Origin: Vitrella brassicaformis CCMP3155
Taxonomy: Eukaryota; Protista; Chromerida
Direction of reading: 5' to 3'
Assembly: GCA_001179505.1 (NCBI GenBank)
Contig: CDMY01000086.1
Coordinates: forward strand, 1-64,000
Length of the DNA: 64,000 nt
The notes below the pieces were generated by a model. That model made no database searches. It was given only the letters and a program-made list of their open reading frames with translations, and had not been told where the DNA came from. This document shows, piece after piece, positions 35,404-49,313 of the stretch. The position numbers were made by a program, and so were the translations under genes. How positions within the stretch are numbered: the first letter of the stretch is position 1; each line of letters opens with the position of its first letter.

Positions 35404-38129
35404 TCACGCCACTGACGGCATATCTCTACACATCTTCCTGAGGTCAGTAGGCATCACCCTTTCACCCTCCCTCGCCCGCACACGGCTCATCACACTCTCC
35501 ACACCCACACCACTGCCCATCTCACCCACCCAGTGGGCGACCATCTCCCTCTGCGTGGCCTCACTGGGCATTCCATCCATCCCTATCCACCTCTCCAGCC
35601 GCCCCGCACGCACCACAGACTCTTCCAGCATCGAGGGCGGCACCTGCGACGTCCCCACCACGCCGTACGCCGTTGAGTGGGATCCATCTTTCGTCTGATC
35701 TGTGTCTGTGTCGATGCCGTCCAGTGCCAGCAGCAGGGTGGTGAGCAGCCGCCGCTCGCCGGCGTACTCGTCGGTGTCTGCGTCTCGCTCCCTCTTGAAT
35801 GCGATGGTCTCCAGCCCTTCTAACACCAACACACACGGCGACGAGCGAGCAGCCTGATGGAAACCGAGAACAGATTAGTGTGTCCATGGGTGTCAGGTCC
35901 AGAATACCTGCATGCAATGCGCACCTGTGCGAACCACCTCCGCAGCTTTCGCTCGCTGTCGCCTACGTAGGGGCCGAAAACCTCGGTCATCGGGGCGAAG
36001 AGCACACGGACGGCGGGGTAATGCTCCTGGGCGAGTGCGCGAAGGATATGTGTCTTGCCCACACCCGATGGACCGTGCAGCAGCACACGGGGCGGCCGGG
36101 TGACGCCGTACTCGCGATACAACCTCTGCAAAATGAAGACGACGCCATGCATTGGTTTCTCGTGCAGTGCAGTCTGGCCGGCTGGCTGACTTGCTGCCAC
36201 TTACTTACCGGGTTGGTGAACCATGCGAACACCGACTCGTCGAGCTCCCTCATGACAGCCTGGTAGGCCTCGCCCACCACCTCCAGCCCCGAAGCCGTGT
36301 CCCCTCCCTCCACATCACCAGCCGCCCTCCGCCGCTCGCGTGGATGCCTCAGCCGCCGATCCAGCAACGCCCATGACACAGCCGAGGGGGCGCCCTGTGC
36401 GAGAGAGAGGCGCTTCATGTAGGGCGTTGGGTCGACGGATGTGGGCAGCTGGGAGAGGAGGGAATGAGTGTCCGTGTGGCTGTGGGGGGAGGGCTGGTGT
36501 GCCATGAGGGTGCGGCGGTGCCGCCATGTCAGGTGCAGGGAGGGGGAGGCGAATGGGGGCACATCTGAGCACACGGACAGACAACAAATGACAAACAATG
36601 GTGTCATCTTCTTGTGTTTGGTCGTCCCGGCCCTGACCTTGATGGAACCACTTGCTGACGACGGATGGGATCCACTTGGTGCTTTCACATACCCCCACCA
36701 CCCGCCCGCCTCCTTTGACAAAATCCTTCAGCACCGTCATGCACTCATCGAGCGTCCGGGTCGACCCCTCCTGCGCCCCTCCGCGAGGCACAACCGCATC
36801 AAGACCCACCACCACCAGAAAAGGCGGGCTCGGCATATCCCTCTTCTCTCTCGTACGCCAAAGGTACTCGACAAAGTCCCGCAAGAGTATGCCGATCGGT
36901 GTCTGGACGTAGGGCGGCAGTCGCCCTTCGATAGTCACGGTGCCGGCTGCTGCTGCTGCTGCTGTGTCTGCGGGGCTCTCTTCATCTTGTCCTTTTGGCT
37001 CCTCTTGTGGACTGACGTACCGCCCTCCCTGCAGATGGAAGGCCACGTGCAGTGGAATCCAGCCGAACGAGGGATTGGTGGCCGTATCAGCAAGATGAAA
37101 ACAGTCAGCAAAGGACGAGGGCGGCTGCGGCCGTTGGGCACACGCGATGACACCCCTGAGGGCCTGGATGAAGAGCGTGGTCTCTCTGCCGGCCGCCAGC
37201 CCCTCCACCAGTATCCTGGACTGCACCTGTACCGGGGATAGCTGCCCCTGCTGCGTGAGATGGATGTGCCGGAGCAGCTCGGTGGCATCCATGGCAGATG
37301 CAGGCTGGTCCTCTGTGCCAGCAAAGCCCTCAAGCCCCTCAATGTCGTCCAACACAGCCTCCCACGGGGGCCGTACCGCTGCGTCGAGGGATGAGCTTCT
37401 TGGAAGCATCGCCTTCGTCGCGTCAGTAGCCAGTCGCCAGATGAGCCCTGTCAGCGGCAAAGATGGCGACGGGCGCACGGCTGGGTTGGCGAAAGCGCAG
37501 ATCGATGGCTGTTGCACCAGCAGCTGCGACGGACTGATCGGGTTCTCGTCAGATCGTGGCAATGTGGGAGCTTGAAGAACGCGAAACACGGCTGTTTGGC
37601 CCACGAGAGTCAGTGGCAAGAGGCAGCCCTCCTGCAGCATCAGCCGCAGCCTCAACTGCAGCTGTCGGATGATAATGGCATCCAGGTCAACATCGCCGAG
37701 CGTCCTGACGGCCTCGATGGTCGAATAGGCAGATGAGAGAGGGAACAAAGGGCCTTCAAGCACCAGACATGCATCACTGTCAAGTGCAGCTGCATCGCCA
37801 GGCTGCTCCACCACCGTTGCTTGGCCGCTGGATAGCTTTGGGAAGGCTTCGGTGAGCCATCGAGGGATGCAGATGCTGCCATCAGAGATCTCTTCGCAGG
37901 GCAGTGCTCGGAAGATGGCATCGGATGAGTCGAAGGCCCTGAGGGAGAGCCTCACCAGCGTTGTCGTGGGTGATGGTGCGTTGCCGAATGCCGGAGATAC
38001 GAGGGCAGCATCGACAGGGAAAGAGGAGTTCTCATGTGTCAGGACGTCAAGGGAAAAAGATCCTTCAGAATCAGTACGCTGCGGATGAAGATCTGGTGAT
38101 GTGTATTGCGCGCACGTGTCATCCGCCAT
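35404..38129 (-). CDS. Divergent CDC48/AFG2/PEX-type double-AAA protein with degenerate motifs
   Basis: D2: PRVLLHGPSGVGKT, FGPYVGDSERKLRRWF, Walker B VLVLEGLE, LLTTLLLALDG, RAGRLERWI. D1 remnant: ILVEGLAAGRET...FLVVVGLDAVVP. Confidence 0.75.
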
Positions 38130-38414
38130 TGCGCCCCTTGCTCGAAAAGCTGCGAGCTAAGCTGGCGATCGTCAAGGGGAGGGAAACGGTTCATCCCCTG
38201 AGGCTCAGCATGGATCACACGACGGCTCTCTCTCCTCTGTTTCCATGTGGGGTGCGAGGGGATGAGTCATTGCGGCAGAAGGTGAGTCAGCCGGGGGGCT
38301 TGTGTACCGCAGACGACACAGACACCGTGATGAATGTGCGTGTAAGCATGCAGGGCGATTGCACAGGTACACGTGTCATGGATGCCATATCGAGAGATTC
38401 TGCACAGATCTCAT

Positions 38415-40943
38415 TCATTCGCCCACACCTAGCCCGGCCCCACTTGCCTCGCCCTCTCTATCGATGGGCACGGCAGCCGCTGCTGCTGCTGCAGCGGAAG
38501 ACGGCTGTGCCACTGCTGCAGAACTGCACAGACACGCACACACACAGAGACGACAAATCGCTTCAAGTCACGCTCGCGTTTTGGTGTATACGCATACCTT
38601 GATGATGTCTCTACGCGGCCGCCTGGAGGGGAGCTGGTCAGACTGCCAGAGTACTTGACATAGCGCTCCTCCTTGCGCCCGGCCAGCGACTGCCCCACTG
38701 CCGCGACCACCAGCCCCCCGTCGATCTCTGTCCCTGGCTGAGGCCGCAAATGCGTCATCTCAGGATGCACAAAACCCGCCGGCTCGCGGCCCACACGCTC
38801 AGCTGGTCCCGCCTCCGTCAAGTTGATGATGCCGGCTTTCTCCGCCTGTTCTGCGGTGCTCTGGAAGGCCATGCGGGCTCCCGTGGTCTTGGTTGCGACG
38901 CTGCCGGCGCCGCCCTCGATCTCATATGCCGATGGGAGGTTGACGGATCGCCAGTCGATGCCGCTCATCTGGGGCTCGACCATCTTGTCTTTGACGGTCA
39001 GCACCTCGTATGGCACCTCCACTACGCGCTCGACGGGCACCTGAGCGAAGAGCGAGATAGAAAGAGGTGAGAACGGCGGAGGGATGGGGGGTGGTCTGCT
39101 GGCTGTTTGTTTCCTTGGTGCATCGATGCACCCACCCACCTGTCGTTTGACCACGAACGGCACCTCGACGTAGACGGGCTTGACCTCGTACTTGGGGATG
39201 GGCTTCTCCACATACACGTCCTTGGTCTCGTATTGCACCTACACACACATGTGGGCATCCATCGTCATGTCCTTTTATGGATGTGTGTGAGTGTGGTGGG
39301 TGTTGTGCAGTGCAGTGCAGTGCATCGTACGTGGGGCACTTCGACGATTTTTTCGACGAGCACTTCTTTGTATTGGATTTCGGTCCGCTTGACCTCCCTG
39401 ACCTTCTCCTCATACACAGTCTCCACCTGATACTCGACACGCTCAACAGGCACCTGACACACACAAGGGATAAAAAGGGACCAGCGGCGTCTGTGTCTCC
39501 AGTGCCTGCCTTGCCGTGATTCATTGTCCTCGCTCACCTCTCTGTATTCGATGTGCGGGACCTCTACGATTCGTTCGCGTATCTCTGTGGGCCCGGGGAT
39601 GGCCATGACCTTCTCGACGGTCTCCACCTCGGGGATAACAATCACCTCCTCACGCTCGCCACTGAGACGTACACAGACGCAGAAACACAACACATGCAGT
39701 GGACGGAAGGATCTGCCTGGCTGACGTCTCGGCTAGTGTGTGCCTTCTCTCTGCGTGTCAGCCAGCCTACATGTATTCGGGGACTTCGACGATTTTCTCC
39801 ACGATCTGCACCTGCGGCACCTCCACTATCTTCTCCTTGAAGTGGCGGACGGGAACCTGACAAAGCGACAGGCAGGGCAGGGCGTGCCGTGACATGACAT
39901 GACATGACATGATGGACGCCTCTTGTCTGGTGCGTGTGGCTGTCTGGCTGCGCATCCTACCACCACTTCGCGCTCCTGTATCTCGAGTTTCGGTATCTGC
40001 ACAAACTTCTCCATTGTTATGATCTCAGGCACCTGAGAAGCACGCAGGAAGAGAGCCACACACAGCCGACATGACACGGGGGGTCGCAAACGTGGGCGAA
40101 TGTGTGTTGGATCTGCTGCCTGCCCCTCGCACACACATACCTCCACCACGTGTTCCCGCATTTCGAGAAGGAACTCATCCACCACCTTGCCGTCGTCCCT
40201 GCAAACACAATGAAGGCTCTCCTTCCATCCCCGTGCGATTTCTTCATCTGTGTGTGTGTGGCTGACCCCATCCGCTGCACACGGTAGGAGTCGATGAAGT
40301 TGTCGGCGACCACCGTGCGGCTCTCGTAGTCCACACGCCGGGACAACACCTTACCATACTCAAACCCTGCACAATCAACCGAGGACACAGATGAACACAT
40401 GTATTTCCAGTGGACACTTCTCCTCCTCCCATGCCTTTTGTGATCCTCACCAGCCTCCTCCCTCTCCTCCTTTTCCTTGTACTCGGGCAGATAGCATGGC
40501 ACCGTCACCTCACCCTCCTTGCTGATGCGGATGGGCTTCGAGCAAATGCCGCAGATGATGTGGTCTTCTATGTCGGCCATCTCGCCCTCTTTCTGGTAGA
40601 AGGCCATGATCTCTTTCTGGTAGGGGCACAGCCGACAGATGGCTGGTGGTTGACGGATGTGGATCCTCTGCTGCTGTTGCTGCTGGAGCTGCATCTCCTT
40701 GATGAGCCTGGTGCCGGCCTGGATCTTCTGCTGCTGTTGGGCTTCTGGTCGATAAGCCTCCCTATCGGTGGAGATGCCATCCTTGTACCCCTCCTCAATC
40801 AGCCGCTCCGCGATGCGATACCGGTCCCCCCCCGCCGACTGCTGGAGAACCGACAGATCCTCATGATGCCTTATGTGCGCCCCCCGAGAGATCTCGTACA
40901 CCTGTCCGTCATAGTCGACCGTCGTGGAGCTACCCGCACCCAT
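38415..40943 (-). CDS. Alveolin / inner membrane complex (IMC) family protein, multi-exon
   Basis: V/P/E/K-rich alveolin repeats: EKIVEVPQVQIVEKIVEVP, ERIVEVPHIEYRE, VPVERVVEVPYE, VYVEKPIPKYE. N-terminus MGAGSS is a possible myristoylation site. Confidence 0.88.
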
Positions 40944-41281
40944 TTCGTGGAGCAGGAGCAGGTATTTAGGGTTTCACGGAAGAGGTAAATCTTCTTCCGG
41001 AGGTGTTTGTTGTTGTAAGCGACTGATCCGTTGTCCCAGTGTGCATTTCTGTAAGCCACCACGCTCTGACACAGCGATCGCTTGGGGCCTGCTTGTGGGT
41101 TGCTCGGAGGGGTCCTTCCCTTCCCTCCGGTTCCTTCGTTCCGTGTTCCTCGCATCATCGCAGCCTTTGCGTTCACACGCCGCACTTGACGTCCCAGGAG
41201 AGTCGCTCGCCACTGGCAGTCGAGAGCCGTCTCCCCCTCTGAGAATTCCCGCAGCCATTGCTCAAGCTGATCAACACGACG

Positions 41282-41744
41282 ATGTACCACCATCCAGCTT
41301 CTGTTGTTGTCCCCCCTCAGCGGACCTTCGCTCCTCTCACCGGTAAGTCTGGTAACTCAGCATTCATTGCCCCTTCAGCACCGTGGGTGTCTTGGTTGCA
41401 GGTCCCTACCGCACCTTTGCGCCCATCCAGGTGCCCCTCATCGGCCACCCCCCTCCCCTCCCGTCGGCCCACCCGCCCCACTACGCAGCAACACTCTACC
41501 AGCCTCTCCCCCACCAGCAGCCCGTCGTCTCCCCCACGGCGCCTCCCCAGCAAAGGGGGTTCGTGGCTCCCCCCGGCGGCCAGCAGCCGGGCAACCTGCC
41601 GCCTCAGCATGCCCGACGACCTCGCCGAGAGGAGGCGCCGCCCCTCAAGAAAATTCATGACCCCGACTCGTGCGAAGAGGGAGAGGAGCGGATTGGTATT
41701 TGAGAGAAAGAAAGGGGCAGAAGGGGGAGAAGACGACAGCGGCG

Positions 41745-41775
<31 letters not shown>

Positions 41776-42261
41776 CACAGACATGAAGTCATTTGTCGAA
41801 CACATCAAGTATTTGTGGGAGGACGACGACGAAATTGTGTTCGCCACGGAGGTGCTGGGGGAGAACGGCATTCTCGGGGAGCACCTGGGTTGCTACTTTG
41901 CGAACATGTCGAAAGGTAACATGACTACAGACACAGCCGGTGGGGGATGGATGTTTCTGGCATACCCATTTGTGATTCTCTTCTGTATGCAGGCGGTGAA
42001 TACTTCTTCGTCGACAAGACGCGATTCGTAAGATAGACCACCTCGGCGCCTTGACCTGTCCACGTGGCTGTCTTGTTGTTTCAGGCCCTTCCTGACGGAT
42101 TCCGAGTGTATTCGTGGGGCCCCCGCCCTCTTTGGGGGATCCCCGCAGGAGACACAACAACCTTTTTCCGTTGGAAGTGCCCGACGGGAGCGGCGGGGTA
42201 CCTGCGGGATGCTCTTGTGCGTCAGAGCAGCATTCCATTCCACAGCGTGTATAACAAGTAA
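41282..42261 (+). CDS. Hypothetical spliced protein, Pro/Gln-rich N-terminus; 3' end uncertain
   Basis: Phase-consistent exons MYHHPASVV...LT|G-PYRTFAP...EERI|D-MKSFVEHIKYLWE...NMSK|GGEYFFVDKTRF|ALPDGFRVY...YNK*. An alternative Cys-rich tail (GFCCPRCA) lies in another frame to 42484. Confidence 0.5.
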
Positions 42262-44048
42262 GGAAGAAAAGAAACAAGGCTTGCTTGACATACTTTGCCG
42301 CATTTGCGTGTATATGGCCTGGCGTGTTTGCAGCTGTCAGCACTTTGAGAGGGACCTGCGAGCTGCCGCACTTGGTGTGGCGCCAGCAAAGGTGCGGACT
42401 CGAAGTGTGTGGAGAACATACATTGGTGACATCCTGCGCGGCTTTTGCTGCCCACGCTGCGCCCCCATTACCATTGGTGCATGACAGGGTGGAAGGGATC
42501 GGTGCGTGTCAAGCGTGTACGTGCTTGGTCGATGTCGGGCTCTTTCTCCACCAATGTCAGGCTGCTGGGAAGGGGTAAAGCTGGGAAGGGGAGCGGTGCT
42601 GTTTCTGAGTCCATGAGTCCATGAGCGCGGGAGTGTGAAGTACAGCTACAAATCCTTTTCCTGTTGGCCGTGTCCCTTGCTCGAGACAGGCTCTTTCCCT
42701 TCATGCATTCAATTTGTGGTGTCTGTTGAGTCTTATGACATGTCTTGCAACGCACAGACAGCTCACGTCGTCTGTTAAGGGCTTCACGCTCGGTTTTTGT
42801 CGCTGATATAAAGGGTGTGCGCATGGGAGGGCCGTCCTTCTGTTGCGTGTTTCAACAGACAGGGAGGTAAGGACAGAAACGCAGAAAGGCCTTCGGTCTG
42901 AGCCCCTTCTTCTTTCTCTTTTTGATCCGTCCTTGCTTAAGTGACTGTCATTTCTGCGCCTTGCTTGCTATGTAGATAAGGGCTGGGATGGGTGAAACTG
43001 CATCATGCCGCATCCCTTGCTCAGAGGGCTCTTTCCGATTCGATTGCTGTGATCATGCTTTGTCTTCGTTCCTTTTTGCCTCATTCCGCTCGCTTGAGGT
43101 TCTCTGTTCCGTGTTCCAGCACAGAGAGGCTGCACTTGCTCCAAGTTTCGCTGTCTCTTTTGCTCGGTTCTTTTTCTGCAACAATCGCTTCCCTTGCTTT
43201 GCCTCTTCCCGTCGACTGCTGTCGCGTGTGTGGGTCTTTTCCAAGGTAGAGCTACACAGACCCTTCACGTGTTTGTCAACAATAGCTTGTCGTGTGTCTT
43301 TGTGTGTTCTTCAGCGAGCGGAATCGGCTGACGTCAATGCTGATGGGAGTGCTTCTTGCTCCGCCGATTTTATCGTGAGTGTGGGCCGAGAGAAGACGAC
43401 AAAGACAACAAGACGGCTGGGCTCGGTAATCGAGAGACTTATCAAGAGCGGGCGTCGTTTCTTGAGATGGCAAGAGGGAGCGTGGGATTGCGTCAGGGCG
43501 AGGGAATTGCCGGCGGAAAACGGAGCACTTATCAATTGCTTTGGGAAGGGTCCAGGGCAAGAATATGAAGAGAATATGGCCCGATCTGCCAGAGGTGCGC
43601 ATGTGTCCTCGTATGACTCGTTTACCTATGGCCCCTGTGTGTCTCCGGGCTTGCTGTTCAGGCAGGAGGGTTTCGTGCAAAGTGCTGTGGTGCTGCGCTG
43701 CCCCGCATCTGCCCGCCGTGCAAAGTGCTGTGGCTCTGGTAAATAATGCATACGGAGGGCAATGAGTTAGGTATACGATTGACTGACAGCTGACTCGTTG
43801 ACAATGTCTGTCCTTGTGTGTGGCCTTAATGTGTTCAGTGCGGTTCCAGCATGGCAGTCCTTTTCATAGCCATCGCCAGTCGGTCAGTCAGCTCCTTCCA
43901 AGGAAAGGTAGATGACACACAATCGATCGCACACACCGATTCGTATTCGTCTTGTGTACGCGTGTACCCTTCAGTTTCGATCGATTGCTTCGGATCGCTC
44001 GGCCTGACCGACCGATGTGAGTGATTGATGTGAACGATGTGAGTGGCG

Positions 44049-46067
44049 ATGGAGGCCTCCCTCTCGGCCATGGCCACGTCCATCGCGGCACTCGCCGTCA
44101 CTGGAGCCGCATGCCTCATCGGTGCACTCGCCGCTCGCACCATCCGGGCTCAGTGCGGGCAACGCAACAACAGCGACAGCAACAGCAGTCACTTGAAGAG
44201 GCCTCTGCCGCCCTCCCAGTGTGCTGCCGCGCCGCCCCGCAAGCGCCTCAAGTCACTCAGCCAAAAGGGACGGCAGCCACACACCGATGACCATGATGAT
44301 GACAGCATGGGTGCGAACGGGATGGATGACGGAATGGTGGCTGAGGAGAGAGAGGCCGACAGACACCGCAGGAACCACACAACATCGCAGTCGCAGATCA
44401 TCAGGTCAGGCACATGATTCACTCACTCACCCATGAAGCTTGTTGATTGGCTGCTTGTGTGCTGTTTGTTGGTGGGTGCAGTGCCGCGTTGCAGCTGAGC
44501 CACCATCACCACCAGGCCATGTCTCCCGCTCACCCACACCCTCCGCCCTTCGCCGCCCTCATGCTGCCCGTCCATCATCACCACGCACCACTCACCCAAC
44601 ACCCACACCCACACCCACACCCACACGCCGACATACGACCACTGACAACAGACAACTCGATGATGATCCAACGTAACACACACAAACAGACAGTACCATG
44701 TCTCACTCCGTCACTTGTCTGTCTGTTTGTTGTTCATGCCTGTACTCAGGTGGAGGTGATGATGCATCTTCGTCTGCCATCGGGCCGCCTGACGATTCAG
44801 TGTCACAGCGAGGGGCCGCCGAGCACACCGAGCGACCAACGGAGGGGCAGGGAGAGGGCGGTGGTGGGTTGGAGATGGTGTCGTACGAGCGGCGGGCACC
44901 GAGGCTGGAGATCAACATGAACGAGGAACAATGTATTGCTTGCGGACACACAGCGAGACATGATGGCATGCATGATGGTCTCTCTTGTCCTGTGTGGTGT
45001 GTGTGTGTCAGTGATGTCTGCTGTTGCGTCGTATCTGAGTGAGCGCTTCCCAGAGCAAACGCCACAATCCATACTCGCATCGGTCAGCCAAGTAGCCAAA
45101 GGCACACCAACACCTCCACCGTCTGTCTGTGAATGTGTGTGTGTGTGCAGTTTGGTGTGTTGTGCAAGTGCGTTGAGATTGAGCGGGGCCACCTCGTGCT
45201 CGCGTACATTCTCTTCCAACACACAAACGACGACACCATACGAGTGAGGGAAGGAGGGAGGAAGGAAAGGCACCAACCAGACCATTTGTCGCGAGGCGAT
45301 GTGTGTGCAGCGGTTCTCTGTCGACGTGTGGCTGAGCACGGTGTTTGCGTTCGTGCACCAGTTGTCGCAGCGCGGCAACTCGCAGCTCGACGCCATGTCC
45401 AGTATCATGCAAATCGTCAAGAAAATGAAAGTACACACATAGACAGACAGCAGAGGTCCCATCCCAAGCACCTGATTCTGCGTGTGCGCATGAGTGTGTC
45501 TTTGTCCAGGTGCCCGTGTCTCAGGTGACGTCATGCTTCGATCTCTTCACATCAAGATTCGCAAACAAAAGAAACAGTAAGGACACACACGCACAACACT
45601 CCCTCAGTCTAGCATTGTCGATGGTGTGTGTGTCAGTATGGCATTTGTTGGAGACGGAGGGCAATGCGGCCGTCAAGTCGCTCGCATCAAGAACTCTGCG
45701 CAGGTGCACAATCATACACAGACGGCACACAGACACATCCATGCATTGATGTATGGGAATTCCTCATGCACAGGAGTGCCCGTGTTCGTGAGATGGAGTC
45801 GTCCAAGTCGAGCAACAACAACAAGCACACACCCGCCGCCCGCACCCGACAGCCGACCAGCAAGAAGGACAAGAAGGAGAGTGAGGGCACGCTCTGGCTG
45901 CCACAGGCCCAATCGGACGCAGGTAGGTCAGGCCCCACACACGAGATGAAAGGAGATGTCATCAGTGTCTGTGGGCATCGCATGTGTGTCTTTAGGTGGC
46001 AGCAGATCTCTGTCTGTCCAGAGGGCCAAGAGCAGCAAGCGGCGGGACGGTGCTCGTGGATGAATGA
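44049..46067 (+). CDS. Hypothetical multi-exon protein with N-terminal hydrophobic segment
   Basis: MEASLSAMATSIAALAVTGAACLIGALAA; basic PRKRLK; later exons such as FGVLCKCVEIERGHLVLAYILFQH bounded by GT..AG microsatellite introns. No family recognised; end approximate. Confidence 0.45.
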
Positions 46068-46269
46068 GTGCATGAGATTGTGTGTCAAGGGCAAAGACTC
46101 AGACACAACAGCGCCGGATACATGGTTTCATGTTGTGAATCGTCCCACATTGCGAATGCACAGGGTGGAGAGGTAAGGCAGGGAAGCTAGGCAGGTCACA
46201 TCAGTCAGCACGAGATTGGAAGCGGACAGCCAATTGTGTCTGCTCTCTCTCTCTCTCCTCTCACCCCTC

Positions 46270-48050
46270 TCATGTCGGCAACAAAAGCTGACTGGTCCAA
46301 CTTGACTTACTGGGCTCTGCACTCGACGGCTCGTCTTTCGATGACATGCCAGCTGCGTACAATCGTGTCAGCGAGGGCATCCACGGCAAGACGAACCGGC
46401 GGGCCGCATCGCACCAGCGTGCAAAAATAAGGAAGGTGGGTTGGAAGGCCTCTCGCACACCAACACGAACACACACGTACATGCAGCCACCCCGCCCGCC
46501 AGACACGTATTGACAAACACCACAGCTAGGCACGGAGCATCGATCACCTGCGTGCAGCCAGCCATGGCCACTGACTGGCAACAAAAGACCAAAATCCCAC
46601 GCATGCACATGACGCATACACTGCTATTGACAAGACGGGTGGCGCACGGATGGGTGATCGAGAGAGATCGATAGGCAGTGAGGCAGGCCAAGTAGGGCGC
46701 AACAAGCCAGGGGAAAGGAAAGACACGATAAGAACACTGCAGCAAAACTGCCAGCCACTCGCTCCACGAAAATCAACACATAGGGACACACACACACGCA
46801 CTACAAATCCACCTCTCGGCCCAGCCATGCATCTATTCACTCGGCCCTGGCAGCTCCTTTGTGTTGATGGTGAAGATCTCGCACTTGGCCTCGTCTGCCC
46901 GTGTGGATGAGCCGTCGGTGGTGGTCTCCGAGCCGTCGCCCTGCTCCGCCGCCGCCTTCTTCTCTCCTTCCTCATCCTCCCAGAAGAAATCCAGCGGATC
47001 GGCAGCCTGATGGCCATCCCATCACCGACACATGCACACCGCCTGTCGGTGCGTTGTTCGTGTTGTTTTCATATGACATACCTTGTCGGAGGGTGCCGCC
47101 TGTGGAGTGTCGTCGCCGTCATCGTCCTCGTCCGACAGCACATACACCTCCGTGCCGGGGGCAAACACTTCAGTCGAAGGGACCTAGAGGAAGCCACAGT
47201 ACAGACAGCACGCCGACTGTGGCAAGCAGGGCAGTCGTGTCTGTCTTTGTGTGTGGGATGTGCTGTGGTCACTCACTGTCTTTTGGTCGTCTCCATGTGG
47301 GTGGACGGCGTCGTACACGTCCTTCCTGATCCACACCTTATACACTTCCTGACCCTCATCTGCCGCCAGCGCAGCCGACCGCCGCCGACGTCGGCCCTTG
47401 ACACGACCACCCTTGCCGTCACCACTCTGGCAAGACAGACAGACCCACAACACACACACGCACACACACACACGCACCACACACAACACACAGGGCGTAA
47501 CAAGACCAAGGCTCATGCATCTGTGCCTTGTGTGTCACTCACTGTGGCAGACCTGTGAGCGTGGCGGCCTCTTCTTCTTGGTCAAGTAGTACACAGGTGT
47601 TGCGGTGTCGGGTGCCACGCCGGCATCTGGTCAGGTCAGACAGCAGGCAGACAGACAGACAGTAGTACTAACGCAGGCAGACAGCCGTGGTGTGGTGTGT
47701 GACGTAACAGATGGATGGCTATGACTGACCTTTGATGAGGGTCTCAATCCTCTCCTGTACTGCCTGCGCAGTAGAGGTAGAGGACGGCTGAGCGGCATCG
47801 CCAGGGGATGGCGCAACCGACGACCCCTGTGCTGATGTGGCGGCGGTGCGCTGAGATGATGTCGGCGGGGCAGGTGGAGGGCTCTTGGCCTGCTGTGCTC
47901 TGAGCTCTTCGAAGGCCTTTAGCAGCACACGAGGCCTGAAACGAACACGCAGAGTCCGTAATCTTGTCTGGCAGCTGCGGATCTGCTGCCGGCACCCTCT
48001 CACCTCTTGACGAGCTCCTGGCCTGTCCTCTCACGGGCCGCGCTTCGCAT
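46270..48050 (-). CDS. Hypothetical multi-exon low-complexity protein
   Basis: MRSAARERTGQELVK|RPRVLLKAFEELRAQQ...QERIETLIK|, VPSTEVFAPGTEVYVLSDEDDDGDD...SDK|GTATGT, with consistent splice sites. 3' end approximate. Confidence 0.45.
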
Positions 48051-48233
48051 CGGCGAGATGTGCTCGTGCAAACTCCAGCACACACACCGCTGCTGCGTAC
48101 GCCCGTCGCCCTTATCCCTTTCCCCCTTCCCCTGTTGGCGAGCTAGTCTTGCAGATTTCCAAGCTCGCACTGTGTGGAAAACTCCCGTTCTGTGGTCGAG
48201 CCCTCTCTCTCTGAGTCACCACCTTCGACGACT

Positions 48234-49313
48234 ATGCAACACGTTCGAAGAACACGAGGAACAGATCCAGCAAATTGTGTTGCTGTGGTGCTGATGGTAA
48301 TATCACGACTCGCGGTGGCAGTGGCATGGCAGCTGCCGAGCGGCCAGCATCAGCCGAGAAGGCCGGCTCTGCCGTCCTCCCTTGTTCATCGGCAGCAGCC
48401 GTCCTTTCGCCGCTCATCCACGGTGTTGCGTGAGAGTGTAGGAGATGGAGGCGAGGCAGCGGGCGATTTGCCTCCGAAGCTGCGGACGCTGATTGCGACA
48501 TTCAGGAGGATGCCGGACGATAGATTCAGGTGACTGAGTGAGATGGTCCTTGTGGTGTGTATTTATTTGCTTGGGTGGGTGGGTGCAGGTATCAGCAGCT
48601 GCTGGTGTTTGCCAAGGGCCTGAAGCCCATGAACAATGCCTACAAGACAAAAGAAAACAAAGTCAAGGTCAGACAGTTCAGGACATGCAAATGGACGCTA
48701 AGAGCAGAGGCATCGTGTCTCACTCGTCTGCCAATGTTTGTGTGTGTGTGTGCCCATGTTTCCTGGTCTCAGGGATGTTTGTCAGTGGTTCACGTGCACG
48801 CGGAGGGCAGAGAGGACGACAGTGGCGACATGAGGATATACTTCCAGGGCGACTCAGGTGGGTGGGTCAACCGACGAACCACAAGCAGACATCCATTCTT
48901 GTGGGTCTGCAACTTATCGAGTGTCTCCTCTCCTTATCCAGACGGTTTGCTAACGAAGGGTCTCGTCAATTTCCTCGTGCAGGGGCTATCCGGTAAGTGA
49001 CGCCATTCAATAGCTCCACACACCAGCCGGCTATGCGGCACTGTGTGTGCTTGGTTGTGCAGGCTGCACGCCCCGCCAGATCGAGAGCGTCCCGGCTGCT
49101 GCCGTCATGGAGGCCAGGGTCACCAACTCACTCACACCGGGGTGAGTGAGGGAGTGAGTGGGGCACACGCCAGCCCTCCCACCACATGGCGTTCGCCACA
49201 CCTGCAAGTGGCCGTGGTTGTGTGTGTGCAGGCGCAACAACGGCTTTCTGAACATGCTTGAGACGATGAAGGCCAAGGCCAGAGACATCGCTGCTGTGCA
49301 GGGGCGTGCGTAG
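48234..49313 (+). CDS. sufE: SufE-like cysteine desulfurase activator (Fe-S assembly), probably plastid-targeted
   Basis: LPPKLRTLIATF...RYQQLLVFAK, sulfur-acceptor Cys in QGCLSVVHV, FQGDSDGLLTKGLV, SLTPGRNNGFLNML; N-terminal hydrophobic plus S/R-rich extension. Confidence 0.88.
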
